Shown here piece by piece: positions 12,091 through 25,549 of a DNA stretch of 64,000 bases. Origin of the DNA: Gnetum montanum (taxonomy: Eukaryota > Plantae > Gnetophyta). The stretch is from the NCBI GenBank assembly GCA_015680685.1, contig MNCI01002010.1:124001-188000 (forward strand), written 5' to 3'. The position numbers were made by a program, and so were the translations under genes. The notes under the pieces were generated by a model that saw only the letters and a list, made by a program, of their open reading frames with translations, was not told the origin of the DNA and did no database searches. Position 1 is the stretch's first letter, and each line of letters begins with the position of its first letter.

Positions 12091-12346
12091 GCAAGGAATC
12101 ACCGACTTGATATTCGATTTCAGCGGGACTTCCCTAAAATGGAACCCAAAAACTAGGATATTAATGTGGTGGACATCACATGCACCACTATCCAGAATGA
12201 TGTTAAACTACCACATCTTATCGCCTCGTAATCGGGTAGCATTAATTACAACCTTTTTACAATATTCAAAATTCTATTAGCTTTCCACATTCGACAACAT
12301 CACATCATCTTCCTCCTAATCATTTATGTACTTGGCTATTTTGCAG

Positions 12347-15300
12347 GGCAGACGGGAAATGGATGCAACATTTTCAGCACCTCTAACTTTGACAGGCCCA
12401 TACGGGAGGGTAGTTAGGCAATTCGACCCTACACTAGTAGAAATTAACTCCCCTTTGGATGACGTAACCATAGCCACGTCGAAAACGTCCCCAGAATGGC
12501 CAGAATAGTTAACGCGCATGCTAGATCTGGAGGCTGGGGACATAACCGAAGACCCCCTCACTGACGTTTCTATCGTCATGCATATGGGTGAAGCTAAAAC
12601 GCTTAACGTCAGTTCTTTACTAGACCAAAAAATGCACGATTCTATAAAGCAGGTCCTACGAGACAATATCACAGCATTTGCATGGTCGTATCAGGATATG
12701 CCAAGACTAGATCCCAGGTTAATCTAGCATAACATAATCTTAGACCTGTAAATTAAGCTACGGAAAATCCAAGTAGTTAGACAAAAGGTACGGAAAATTA
12801 AGCTATAAATCACGCTAGCCATGCGTGATAAAATCACCAAAGTGTATCAAGCTGGTTTCATCCGTGCGGTCAATTACTTGGATTGGGTATCTAACATTTT
12901 AGTCATCCCAAAGAAGACTAAAAGCATATGCATCTGCATAGACTTCCGAGATTTGAACAAGGCCACAATCAAAGATAACTTCCCACTAACGAGTATCGAC
13001 CAGCTAGTTGATACAATAGCTGGGCATGCGCTTCTATCCTTTATGGATGGTTTCTCAGGCTATAATCAGATTCACATCAACCTAGAACATCAATTGACTA
13101 CAACATTCATGATGCCCTGGGGCACTTTTTGCTACACTATGATGCCTTTTGGTCTAAAGAACGTCAGAGCAAAGTATCAACAAGCCATGACATACATCTT
13201 TAGCGACTACCTCTTAGGAAGACTAAATAATTATGTAGACGATATAGCTGTCAAGTCCTTAAAGTCAGAAAATCATTCAGAAGACCTAGAGTTAGCCCTC
13301 AAAAGATTCTCCAAATACAAGCTCCAGCTTAACCCAAAGAAGTGCGTATTCGGAGTCAAAATCGGATGCATGCTGGGGTTTGTGGTGTCGGAAAGTGGCA
13401 TACAAGTTGACCCTGATAAGGTCAAAGCCATTGTCGAGTTAATGCCTCCTACAGACCTCAAGCAATTACGCAGGTTACAGGGATGATTACAATTTATACG
13501 CTGATTCATCTCAAGATTAACCGACAAGCTACACCCTATGCAGCATCTGCTCAAAAAATGGGTTAATATCGAATGGACGAAAGATTGCCAACATGCATTT
13601 GACAGCCTAAAACAGGAACTTCAACACTTACCCATGGTTTTCCCGCCACAAAGGGACCTACCATTTTACATTTACCTTGCAACTTTGGACGTAGCGTTAG
13701 CAGAATTACTTTGTCAAAGGAGGGATGATGGGTCAAAACTGCCCATCTACTACTTGAGTCATGCTCTATGTGCATACGAGACAAGGTACAATGAAGTTGA
13801 GCATAATTTCTTAGCATCAGTATTTACACTCAAAAGGTGTAGACATTACCTTTTCCATAGCCAGGTTAACATCATCTATAAAAATAACATCCGTAGGACC
13901 ATTACGCAAAACCTATACGAGAGTAGTAGGATAGCTCCCTGAAAGGCTATCACGATAGAATTCGATCTGCATTATATTGGCCAATCTTCTAAAGAAGGCC
14001 AAGCGATAGCTGACCAGTTAGTAACGTCACCAGTTAATAACTAGGTGACTATAGAACCTGAGTTCCCTAATGAACATGTACATAGTTTAAGCCCTGTCTT
14101 GATAGGCCCCGAGGTGACGTTGTATTTCGACGGAGCTTCAACCACCAAAGGTGGTAGTGCTGCCACTGTTATTATGCTATCGCCTGAGGATGTGCATCTA
14201 CACTCTTATCGATTGACCTTCCCTTACACGAACAATGTGGCAGAGTACAAGGGGCTCCTCAGGGGATTACTAACTGCTAGCGAACTCGATGTTCGACACC
14301 TTGCAATTAGGGGTGATTCGATGTTTGTCATAAATTAGATCACAAGAGTCTACGCCTGCAAGGTTATACATTTACAGCCCTGCTGCGATAAGGCTAAAGT
14401 TCTTCTAAGATGATTTGCGACCATCGATGCCTAGCATGTGCCACGCACGAACAACACACTAGCCAATGCACTAGCTACACTAGCTTTAAACGTGCCTTCA
14501 TATCTTTTTGACACCTGTCCTACATTTATAATAGACTGCACAGATCCTGTCATTCAGGAAATGCAAATATCTTCTCTTCTCAAGGAAAGCACGCCAGAAT
14601 GGTACGACGATATTAAGACTTGCCTCCTACAGGACGAGCTACTGCCTGAATTGACACGTGCATAGAAAGATGCAATTCGCAAGTGGGCTAAGCAATATGT
14701 CATCATAGGAGACAGTACTCTTTGTAGACACTCATTTGACAGTGTGCTTCTTACTTGCGTCGACAAAAACCAAGCACAACATATACTCGGCGAAGTTCAC
14801 GAGGGACTATGCAGAGGCAATGTAGCACCACGGGCTATGGCTCTAAAAATCCATCGCTTAGGATATTACTGGCCGAGCATGGAAAAAGATTTCCTGACAA
14901 AGGTTAAAACTTGTGACATGTATCAGCATCACGTGAATCTCATACACGTGTCACCTATGGAATTACATACAACGCAGATAACATGGCCATTTCAATGATG
15001 GGGACTGGACATCATAGGCCCCATCATGCCAAAATCTTCCACAGATCATAGCTTCATCATTATTGCCACTGAGTATTTCACAAAGTCAGTAGAAGCTGTT
15101 CCCCTACGGAAGATCACATCTCAACAGATTTTCCATTTTATCTTAGACAATATAGTAACCATATTTGGTCTCTCGATGACTATCGTGACCGACAATGGGC
15201 CACAGTTTAGTAGCACGGAAACCAGATCCTTCTGTAATAACCTTGGCATTAAACAATCTTTTTCCTCCCCCTACTACCTGCAAGTGAATGGTCAAGCTAA

Positions 15301-15840
15301 AGCAATGAACAAAGTGATCATCAACCTGCTCAAGAAAATGCTCGATGGCAACAAGAGACAGTGGCATAAAAAATCCTATATGTGCTATGGGCATATCGTA
15401 CTACATGTACGATGGCTACAGGTAGTACGCCCTATAGCCTGGTTTATGGGTCTGAAGCAGCGCTGCCTCTCGAGTTGCAAATTCCTTCTCTGAGAATGGT
15501 TCTCTCCACCATTATAAATGAGGCTCAGCACACCGAGTCTTGGATAATGGATTTGAATTCAGTAGAAGAGAAGTGAATACAGATGCTTGATACTATTGAA
15601 AAGTATCAAGATAAATAGAGACAGAAACATCATCACAACCTTCAGCAGCACCCAATCAAGAAAGGAGATCTAGTTCTCAAGGCCGTGCATGAACCAGTAG
15701 GCAAGTTCTCTATGAATTGGGAGGGCCCTTTCTTGGTGACTGACGCATACAGTAACAGAGCATTCAGACTAGTAGACGTCAATGGTAGTGAATTACCAAA
15801 CCCTGTAAATCATGTATATCTGAAGCAGTATTACATTTAG
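12347..15840 (+). pseudogene. pol: Pol: RT, RNase H, additional RNase H (aRH), integrase (degenerate)
   Basis: RT: CIDFRDLNKA, LSFMDGFSGYNQI, MPFGLKN, YVDD. RH: PIYYLS...ETRY. aRH at about 14110-14490: LYFDGAS...TNNVAEY...IRGDS. INT: HEGLC, GYYWPSM, WPFQ**GLDIIGP, IVTDNGPQF, QVNGQA, WEGPF. Stop at 15838-15840. Confidence 0.95.
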
Positions 15841-15854
15841 AGGCATCTTTAGTG

Positions 15855-16290
15855 TGGACATCAAGTATGCCAACAAACATCCGCTATGATGCTAAACTAG
15901 CATTGACCATCAACCACGATACTAAAATGGCACGTTGTGACCGTCTGCTACGACGTAAAATTGGCAGTGTTGTACAGGTCCATCAAGATGAAAAACTGGC
16001 ATCTTTTGCATGCGTCTGCCACAACGCTAAACTAGCACCAGCTGTCTGCTATGACATAAAACTAGCAAAGGTAATCAACCGTCTGCTAAGACGTAAAACT
16101 AGCATAGCTTTGTCCTTGGGTCATGACGCGAAACTGACATCCATAGCAGGGTCTACTGAGACCATAAATCAGACACACCATCATCCGCTACGATGTAAAA
16201 CTAATATTTTTTTGTCCACCCAGACTTTAAACTGGGACCATGGTCTGCTGAGACTTAAAACCAGCAATGATAGTCTACCAGGACTTAAAA
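15855..16290 (+). repeat. Degenerate ~39-bp tandem repeat in the element's 3' UTR
   Basis: Recurrent CCGTCTGCTACGACGTAAAACTRGCA-like units. A homologous array lies at 62630-63290 (minus). Confidence 0.8.
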
Positions 16291-16550
16291 ATGGTACTTA
16301 CAGGTTGCCGCCATGCAAATCAAGCAAGCATGATCATCTTTGTACAGTTGCATGACAAATATGGTGGGATACGGGGATAGTCCCAGTGTTGCCACCCCAC
16401 CGGCATCCTACTGATTCCTCGGATGAGCTGAGAGGCACGCTACTAACCCCTCGGAGATGCTGCCACTGCACCCACTGTAGTAGTGGTACTTATAAGAGTT
16501 TAGTCTCACCGCTCAGAGTCCCAACAAAATCCTCATCGACAATTATTGAC

Positions 16551-17251
16551 AGCATTTGGCAATTGTTGACAACATCACCTTCTAGCAGAAACAGAGCACA
16601 TTTCGCCTGAGCATCAGCAGCAAGAGCAATCGTTCTTTTGGGGAAGACGCAACTTTCTCCATTAGCGATCATTGGTAGTTCTGAGCAAAAATTACCTAAG
16701 GCGAAAAAACTAGATCAAAGATCGCGAGTTTTTTCTTGTACAATTTGCAGGCTCTATTGGTTAGAAACAGTTGATCGATAGATGTCAAAGCTTGACCTTC
16801 CTTGCATCCCATATTTGGCCTACGAGGTAGATAAGACTTTTGCTTGGACAATTTTGTTGTTGTTTTGTGCTTGCTTTACATCAAGTAATCGGGGTCTCCC
16901 CATTGTAACGTGAAATCCAAAATATACATTCCTCAAGTCAAAGCGTAGATCTTGAAATCACGTGTTTCTCTCGTGTTAGTATCTTCTTATTGTGTTTAGC
17001 ATTATCATCATTATAATTTATCTATGTTGTTTTTCTCTCATTTTGTGACCCATCTAAATAAAATCGATCCACGAAATATTCATAGTCTTCATCGTTTTAC
17101 TAATTAGTAAGTCCCTGTCTGACCGTCAAGACCGTTCAGGGTGCCGCGGATTCGTTTTTCCAGCATAGCCCTCGCACGGATCCATGGTCAAAACTGTGTA
17201 CACAGATTTTTCTTTGGCATTTTCCAGCTGTCAACATTTTCCATCGTTACA
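16551..17251 (+). repeat. 3' LTR, truncated at its 5' end (PPT and LTR start missing)
   Basis: Matches 2508-3208 and ends CATCGTTACA. No TGAAACAC start or polypurine tract upstream. Confidence 0.88.
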
Positions 17252-17399
17252 GTTACCACTAAAATATGTTGCAAATCATGATCCATAGTAAGATGGTTCT
17301 TAACTAAACATGTTTTCATTCAATTTATTAATGCAAAAAAGTCATTCATTTAGATTCTTTATGTTTTCATCACCTTTTAATGTGGGATTATGCATATGT

Positions 17400-18290
17400 T
17401 ATGGAATTATTTCTACCTTAGTGGCTTCTATTGACACATAGTCCTAGAGACATACTGGGTTTAGATTATGTTTGGATGTTCTTGTACTTTAAATATTCAT
17501 ATACTCTTATGCATACGAGCATAGTTTTGGAGAATACAAGATTTCATATTGGCTATTAAACATATCTTGGTGGTACCTATTCACAAGAAAGATTATATAG
17601 TGAAGAGGATACTTGAATGGGGGGCATGGTGTCTCAACTCACTAGCCTACAATAGTAGTTTTGGAGATTCTAGGATTTCATGTTAGTTGTTAAACATCCC
17701 TTAGATATACCTAGTCATAGATAAGATCATATTGGGAAGAGGTTACCTAATTTTTCAACCTACTAACACGCGTTACATATGTACTTCCTGTTATCTAGAT
17801 ACATGTGGATTGACCACATGATACCTTAGGTTGTTACAAGGATGGAATGATTTGACATGTTTTTAAAATGCTCACCCACTCTTATGCATCCAATAGTAAT
17901 TTTGGAGAATCTAGGGTTCCTTTTTGGCTATTAAAATAGCCTTGGTAGTATTTAGTTATAGGTATGATCATAATATGAAGAGGATAATTGGTATCCCAAC
18001 CTAGTAGTATGCATTACATATGTACTTCATGTTGTCTACACAAAATGGGGGTTGATCATATGATGCCTTGCATTCTCCCAAGGATGGGATGATTTGACAT
18101 GTATTTTAAATATTCACCTACTTTTATGCATGTAAGAGTGATTTTGGAGAATCTAGGATTTTATGTTGGCTATTAAACATGTCTTGGTGGTACCTAGTCA
18201 TAGACATGATCATACTCTATAGAGGATGCCTAGTATTCCAACGTGGTAGCATGCATTACATATGTACTTCATGTTGTCTAGATGCATTAG
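17400..18290. repeat. Degenerate ~240-bp tandem repeat that resumes at about 20690-20880
   Basis: TAGTTTTGGAGAATCTAGGATTT...TGGTACCTAGTCATAG-like units at about 17522, 17656, 17897 and 18138. The motif CCCAACCTAGTAGCATGCATTACATATGTAC recurs at about 20700-20790. Confidence 0.7.
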
Positions 18291-20690
18291 TGATCAGTAG
18301 AAAGGTACCCCCTACACCGAACCATATGAATCACAATCATTCATGCATGATTCAATCGAATTCTATGGATGGAACTAGTTGTGCATCTAGATCATTAAGC
18401 ATTAATCATAGTTTACTATGTTCCCATTTGGACTAGTGATAGCTTTGTCATGTATGGTTTATTCTAGAGTGAGGCATATGATTCATGATGTTGTTTTAGC
18501 CTTATGCTACTCCTAATGATAATATAGAAATTAATTACTTAATCTAAATAACAACATAAAGATAAACTCTGAACTAGCCTACAAGTGATGAGTGTCCATT
18601 CCTAGCTTACCATACATATTCTAAACCCATGTATCCACTACTATGATTACCAAGTTCTATGCTATTGGGTGAACCAACTAATAACCCTATTGAGATTACC
18701 AAGGGAATAAGTGTTTATGCTTGAAACTAGTTGTGCTCATTCTACCAATTCATTAACATGCATGGAAATGTAAATATTAACTAAGTACATGAAACGCAAA
18801 TTGCATGGAAATTAAATTTAATCTAAATCAAAGTCCTATAATGAATAAGAATCAATCTCAACCCTATTGTTATTCATAGAATGTGAAACACCACTAATTT
18901 TGGCCTAGCACTTTTAGACAAGAATGAACCTATATCATGTTGTTGCCCAACACGAGTACAGCATGACCAAACTTGGAGGCCTCCAAAATAGCCCCCAATG
19001 GCCCATGATTCAATAGGCAAGGTTCCCCTTGGGTCCATACGTGACTACACCAACTTCCAACATCTAGAATCAAAATTTTTAGGTTCAAAATGTTTGGTTT
19101 TGGCTAAGTACACTTTGGTTACATTTTCAGACGCTACACAGCGTAAGGATCAGCGTCACCAACTTTTAGAGCCCTAAAACTAAGCCAAAATGACTTGATT
19201 TCAAGTGTACAAGTCATCTTTAGGGTTCACTATTGATAACTATGGGTCCCAGCCTTGAGAAATTCTATATTTTTGCTTGAAATTGCAAGTTTTGGAGGTC
19301 ACACTGCAGGTCACACTAGGTAGTCAAATTTCTCTTGTTGTACATTTCATTATAAATCCCCATTTGTGGGCATGTCAAGCCCCTCATGGTCTAAAACAAC
19401 AAAAAAGAAATTTCAAGTGGGTCGGAGTCGGAGATAATCCTCCTAAACTTTCTTTAAATTTTTATGGCTTGAGGACTTGTTTTTCTAATTTTTTTGTATT
19501 TTCATGGGCTTGAATGTCCCACAAATTGTAAAATACATTGAACTTGGTCAAAGAGGGCAAATATCCAGCACACATCCAACTCGTGCCAGCTATCCATGGG
19601 ACACATGTCACTAGATCTATTTTCTTCTCATCTCCTAACTATTGATTCCATTCTTTTATTTCGTGCCCGAGCCTAGCCCAACCCTATAAATACCCTATCA
19701 ATTCATATAAACTAGAGGCAAAATCAAGGAGGCAAATTTGGAGAGATTGGCAATTCTGAGAGAGGACGGAACCTACAATCCTTAGGCACTTGGCACACCT
19801 GACTATTAACATCCAAGAATTTCTCACATTCATCACATCACATCATCGCATCATCGTGTTATATCATCTTGGGGCTAGGCATTTGACTTGCCATCCACAC
19901 GTGTGCAACTACACTTTAACCGGTGGACATTTAAAAAAAACAATATAATACAGTTTTATTATTGCCTTCCATTTACATTGTTTAGTTCTGTTTAAGTTTT
20001 TTTCACAAATATAGATTTTTTTATGCTTTATTTATAATTTAGTACGCTTTGTTTACATTTCGCATCGCTACTTACATTTTGTTTACACCGTTTACGATAA
20101 CCCCAACGCTAGCCATATCTTATGCATGGGGAAGTCCTTGGTTGATTTGTATGCAAACCATCCAAGGCACTCTACCTTCATTCCCTTTACTAGCTTGCCC
20201 TGAAGTGAAGGTAGGGTCAGCTGTGTCTACTGAATGATCTCTTGGTGTCTATTTCCCTTCCAGCCTTACACCAACAATTTAGGTCAGTATAGAATGTGTC
20301 CAAGTACATTGCCACTCAAATAAGATAGTATACAATTGACTTAGATCCACACTATGGGCACTCATTAACTATTCTCTAAGACTATAGAATAAAATTGCAA
20401 GAGTTCAGCTACTCTATTGACAAAATAATGTCAATACATGGTAGGAGCACATGTATTTATAGATAAAAATAGACACTATGTTGATGCGGACTCATCAACA
20501 CATCATTTACATTGATGGGGTCTTATTGATATGGTTTCTTTGAAGAAACTATGTCAAGGAGGCTATGTCAAAGTGGCTTCCTCAAAGTGGTTGCCTTGAA
20601 GTGATTATGTTGAAGAAGTTGTAATGAAGAGCTGCATCAATGTGGTTGTGTCAACGCAACCAACTGATGCATGTACCTAGTAGCTTCATT
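18291..20690. mobile_element. Unclassified interspersed repeat, probably LTR-derived, interrupting the tandem array
   Basis: Its first ~450 bp are similar to about 38002-38460 (TGAT..GTAG..AGGTAC.CCTACACC.AAC..., CTAAACCCAT.TATCCACTA...TTACCAAG). Boundaries are approximate. Confidence 0.5.
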
Positions 20691-23600
20691 GATATCCCAA
20701 CCTAGTAGCATGTATCTAGTCATATACAAGTTTATACTAGGAAGAGATTACTTGGAATCCTAACCTAGTAGCATGCATTACATATGTACATCATATTTTC
20801 TAGATACATGGGGGTAGACCACATGATGTCCTGGGTTATCCCAAGGATGGGATGAGTCAACTTTGTTTTGGATCCTCATGTCATTAATTCAACAATTTTA
20901 TGATTCTCAAGAGTATTTTTCACCCTAGCCCATGAACTACACTTAGATCTCATGATGTCATCACACTAAAGATGTGACCCCTAGGATGAGTCAACTATGA
21001 TCATATCATTGTCACCTTTATTTAAGTGGGAGTTCAAGATTCATAATGATCATGGCAAAGCCTTGTAATAAAAAAATATTTTTTATAGTATAGATCCTTT
21101 TTTCTTACAACGAAGTAATATTTTTGTCGTATAGATCATTTATGATCATAACAAAATAATATTTCATGTGGTATAAACCCTTTACACTCACAAGGAATTA
21201 ATTAGGCATTTTTATTTCCTTTTGCATTATTAATATTAAAAATTTTAGTATTTATTAATGAATCTCACATAAAATTATACTCCTATAATTAAAATTTTAA
21301 AATATAATGATCTTTATAGAAGTTGAAAATCTATCCCTAAGAATACAAAGGCTATAATGCATATTTTAAAGTGTAAGGTACATTTATACTGATCAACAAA
21401 TGTTTAAAAATAAAAATAAAAAAAGGTACTTCTAGCCAAGACTTTTGAGTATTTTCGAACACAATTTTTTTAAAAAAATAAGAAATTAATTATGCTATGA
21501 TAATTCTAATTCAAGGATTGATGATTGTCGAGTATCAAGTGCTAAGAGTTGGGTATCAAGTTTTATCAATTATTAAGAATTGCAAGTTCCATGAAGTTAT
21601 GATTTATGAGTTACACCAAGTTCCATGAAGTTCTAAGCTATAAGTTCCACCAAGTTCCATGGATTGCCATTGATTGTTGAGTACTATAAATTTTCTGGAC
21701 CATTGAGGGTATGTTGCTAAGGGTTATGGTAAGAATTAACACTGCCCAAGGGTCCTTTCAGCATTCACGTTGCTACTATAATTAGCCAAATTTGGGATTT
21801 TCTTTAGGTAGATAATTACATCTCATGTTGTAACAAAATCATTATGAATTCTTGTCCAAATTTGTACAAGGGTTTAAATTTTAGTTACCAATTCATAAAT
21901 TGTAATTAGTTTTTCTCTAAATTTTTTCAATATTTCTTAACTTGTTAAGAATTTAGGATTTTTTCATTTCATGAATTCATAGAAATTGAAATGTTTATTG
22001 AGGAAGAGGATGATAAATTTAAAAAAAATATCAAGGGTTTAAATGAAGAAATTTATGGCTTTCATAGGTTCCCTACATAGGCAAGGTTTTCTTTTTAGGA
22101 ATTGCATAGATAGTGAATAAAGATAATAAGATGAGATAATTCATTAGTTTATATTACTTAAGCTTACTTGATTAGTAATTCAAGGTTTAACCAATAGTGT
22201 GAGAAAAATTTTGTATGTGATGCAACTCCATAATGATTTAAAAATCTTATTATAGGTATCACTTTCCTTCTAAGTAATAAAAATAATGTTGTCATTTCTT
22301 ATTTTTTATAGGTTATTAACTATATCAAAATGGATTATTTGCCTAAAGTATGGGATTTATCTTTTCATAGTTATCCATTTTTTTGTGCTACCAGAGTACA
22401 AGTGTTAATTATTTTCAAAAACATGGGTCCCATGGTATGTAATCTATGCTATATTCTCCAATGTTCAAGGTGATTTCTTGTATTTGCATTATTTAAATAC
22501 AACTTCAATACCAGTAGATATCTATGAATTACAATCCATAGTTCATGTGCAATATTTAACCTTGTTGCCACTTAATATTTCAGTTGTTCGCAGAAAGTGG
22601 ACACTTTATTGTAAGCTTGAATTTTCCTTTCATGGTGATTCAAGATGGTTGGGCTTTAACATAGTGACTGACACATAATTCATTATCAAATTAATTTAGT
22701 TAATGTTGATATGAGAAGAGATTGAGTCAATGTGTTTTGTGTTTTAATACTCATATGGACGTTTTTTATCAATGTGTTTTGAGTCAAGGAATTTTTGGTT
22801 TTAAGACTCACATGGGATTTTTTGTAAATGTGTATTGAGTCAATGTGTTTTTTCTTTTAAGGAACTATTCAACCCATTTTTTCTAATTCATAGCAATTGA
22901 CATGAAAATTAGTAACTACATTTAATCCCTTTAGCATTATTACTGCTATGTCATAATCTTATGCTACATATTTCTGAGTTGCTACAAAGTGTATATAGGT
23001 TATATTTAATTTATCCTACTTATAATGAATTCAAATTGTAAAAAAGTCATAGTAATAATATAAAAATTTCACTATAGAACTCATAGAAAGTTCCAAGATA
23101 AATGTCCTTGAAGCCTTTATCTCTTCCAATCCTTGCATGCCACCTTCCTTAGCAATGATGCCTATTTCTTGAACCCATGAGTTGTCCAATATTTGGGACA
23201 CATATTGAAATTTATTAGAGAAATATAGTTTAATGTCAAGCTCTCTTTAAACTTTCATGTATCATATTCAAATCAAACTTATGCTAAAAGGATTGAATAC
23301 ATCTTTTGAAACTTGAATTTTATTTTAAAGATTCTCCAGTGTTAAATTGGGATCAAGATAGCTAAAGTAACTTGAATTATATAAATCAAATTATGATCTA
23401 AATTGTAATTAGGATTCAAGGAGGTTTTGAAATTACATAAATCAAATTTATATCATTATTCTTTGCAAATCGGTTTTGCTTGTAATCATCATGAAATTGT
23501 TTATTGACTGGTTAATTTGTATGATTTTCATAAGCTAAACTACATACTAATATATCTTTTTTGAGGTTATTATTTTACATTAACTTTTTGTAATTTTTAT

Positions 23601-24339
23601 ACACTAAACTACCAATATATATATATGTTGTGATGCTATTATTTCAGAGTAATATTTCCTTCTCTACTATTTACCTCTACTAGGATTTCATTGCTTGTCA
23701 TTCATTTTGACATCTAGAAACATGGTAAGTTCATTTCATGTTGCATTGTCTTTGTTCTACATTATTGACCATGATAATATACATAGTCATTACTGATTTT
23801 ATAGCATCTATCTATCACTATCTTCTATCATATTCTTTATCATGATATTTAACATAGTACATAAAATTTTATTGATTTTCAATTTACATTACCTATTCGT
23901 AGGATTTGTTTATCATTATTCTATGCCTTACATAATGTTACTTTAAATTGGATTAAAATTGATTAGGTCCCATCATGTTTTGATATTTAAAAATTAAAAT
24001 CAATTAAGGAAAAGATAGGAAACTTATATTTGCTATGCAATTGAATTGGTTGAAATATTTCTTACCAGAAAATTTAAAAATAGTCATTAATGAAAATATT
24101 TAAAATTTAATAGCATTTATCAAAATTAATTGATTAAATAAATTTCCATGAGCTAATTTAAGAATATTGAAGTTATAATCAAGTATGAAAATATTTGGAT
24201 AAATATAGGATCTATCCAATTTAATCCATAAAATCTATTTTGACAAAACAATTTTTAAACATAAAAATATATTCAGTTTTTCCTTTAGGATACTATAAAA
24301 TAAATTTTCAATCAGGTTATTTGCCTACATCTTCATGAA

Positions 24340-25420
24340 TATATAAAACACATAGAATAGGTATCAATCTGGGTTTCTTAGTCGAGTCACTATTTAAAGT
24401 TTTCTCCAAGGCTTAGGTTTTTAATTCTATAACTTGATTTTCAGTGTATATTAAGGGTATGATCATTTGAGAAATTATAGAATAGGTGTTAATGAAGGTT
24501 GATTAGTCAAGGCACCATTCAATTTTTATTTGAAGTTTTTTCATATGCTTAGGTTCTTAGTTCTAGAACATAATGTTCAGTCTATATTAAGGGTATGCTC
24601 AGCTAAGAAGCCATAAAGTAGGTGTTAATGAGGGTTTCTTGGTCAAGCTACCCTTCAATGTTTTTGTAATTTTTTTTCAAAGCTTAGTTTCTTAGTTCTA
24701 GAACATAATTTTAACTATGTATTAAGGATATGCTCAGAAGAAAAACCATAAGACAAGTGTCAATGAGGGTTGCTCAGCCAAGTGGCCCTTCAATGTTTTT
24801 TAAATTTTTCTCCAAACATCAATTTCTTAGTTTTAGAACATAATTTTCCGTCTATATTAAGGGTATGCTCATCCAAGAAATCATAAAAAAAATGTCAATG
24901 AGGATTACTTGATCGAGTCACCCTTCAATTCTTTCCTAAATGTTTTTCCAAGGCTTAGTTTCTTAGTTCTAGAACATAATTTTTAGTATGTATTAAGGAT
25001 ATACTCATAAGAAAAACCATAAGACAAGTGTCAATGAGGGTTTCTCAACCATGTGGCCCTTCAATTTTTTTTAAATTTTTCTCCAAAGATCAATTTCTTA
25101 GTTTTAGAACATAATTTTCCATCTATATTAAGGATATGCTCATCCAAGAAATCATAAAACAAGTGTCAATGAGGATTACTTGTTTGAGTCACCCTTAAAT
25201 TTTTTCCTATTTCTTTTTCCAAGGCTTAGTTTCTTAGTTCTAGAACATAATTTCTAGTTTATATTAAGGGTATGATTTTCTAATAAACCATACAAAAAGT
25301 GACAATGAGGGTTGCTCAACCGAGCCATTCTTCAAGTTTTTCTTGAATCTTCTTCAAGGCTTATTTCCTTAGCTTTAGAACACATTTTTTAGTCTATATT
25401 AAGGATTGATTATTGAGGAA
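24340..25420. repeat. ~135-bp tandem array, about 8 units, with a ~271-bp dimeric pattern
   Basis: TTCTAGAACATAAT-like anchor at about 24425, 24561, 24696, 24831, 24967, 25102, 25238 and 25373. Confidence 0.9.
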
Positions 25421-25549
25421 ACCTCAAAAATTGAATAGAAAGCCTAGTATTTATAGGATGAAAAGGTAGGAAACCTCAACCTATAGTAATAGATTTGATA
25501 ATCCTAATAAATTTAAAAAGTGATAGTCCAAATAAATATGATATTTGCA

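Larger units (their letters stand above)
7263..12346 (+). other. Putative 5084-nt intron between protease and RT
   Basis: Donor AAC|GTAAAG is in phase 0 of the protease frame. Acceptor CTAAT...TTGGCTATTTTGCAG|GGC is in phase 0 of the frame leading into RT. Splicing joins PR to RT in frame. Confidence 0.6.
2341..17251 (+). mobile_element. Full-length degenerate Ty3/gypsy LTR retrotransposon, non-chromovirus Tat type with additional RNase H
   Basis: TG...CA termini. Flanking 5-mers gtcac (2336-2340) and gttac (17252-17256) form a TSD with one mismatch. Two LTRs, a PBS, and gag, PR, RT, RH, aRH and INT in gypsy order. Confidence 0.93.

Noticed and set aside
15852-16355. 167-aa ORF after integrase as an env-like gene
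   Set aside because: It is a translation of the 39-bp tandem array, and the sister element gives only a fragmentary equivalent.
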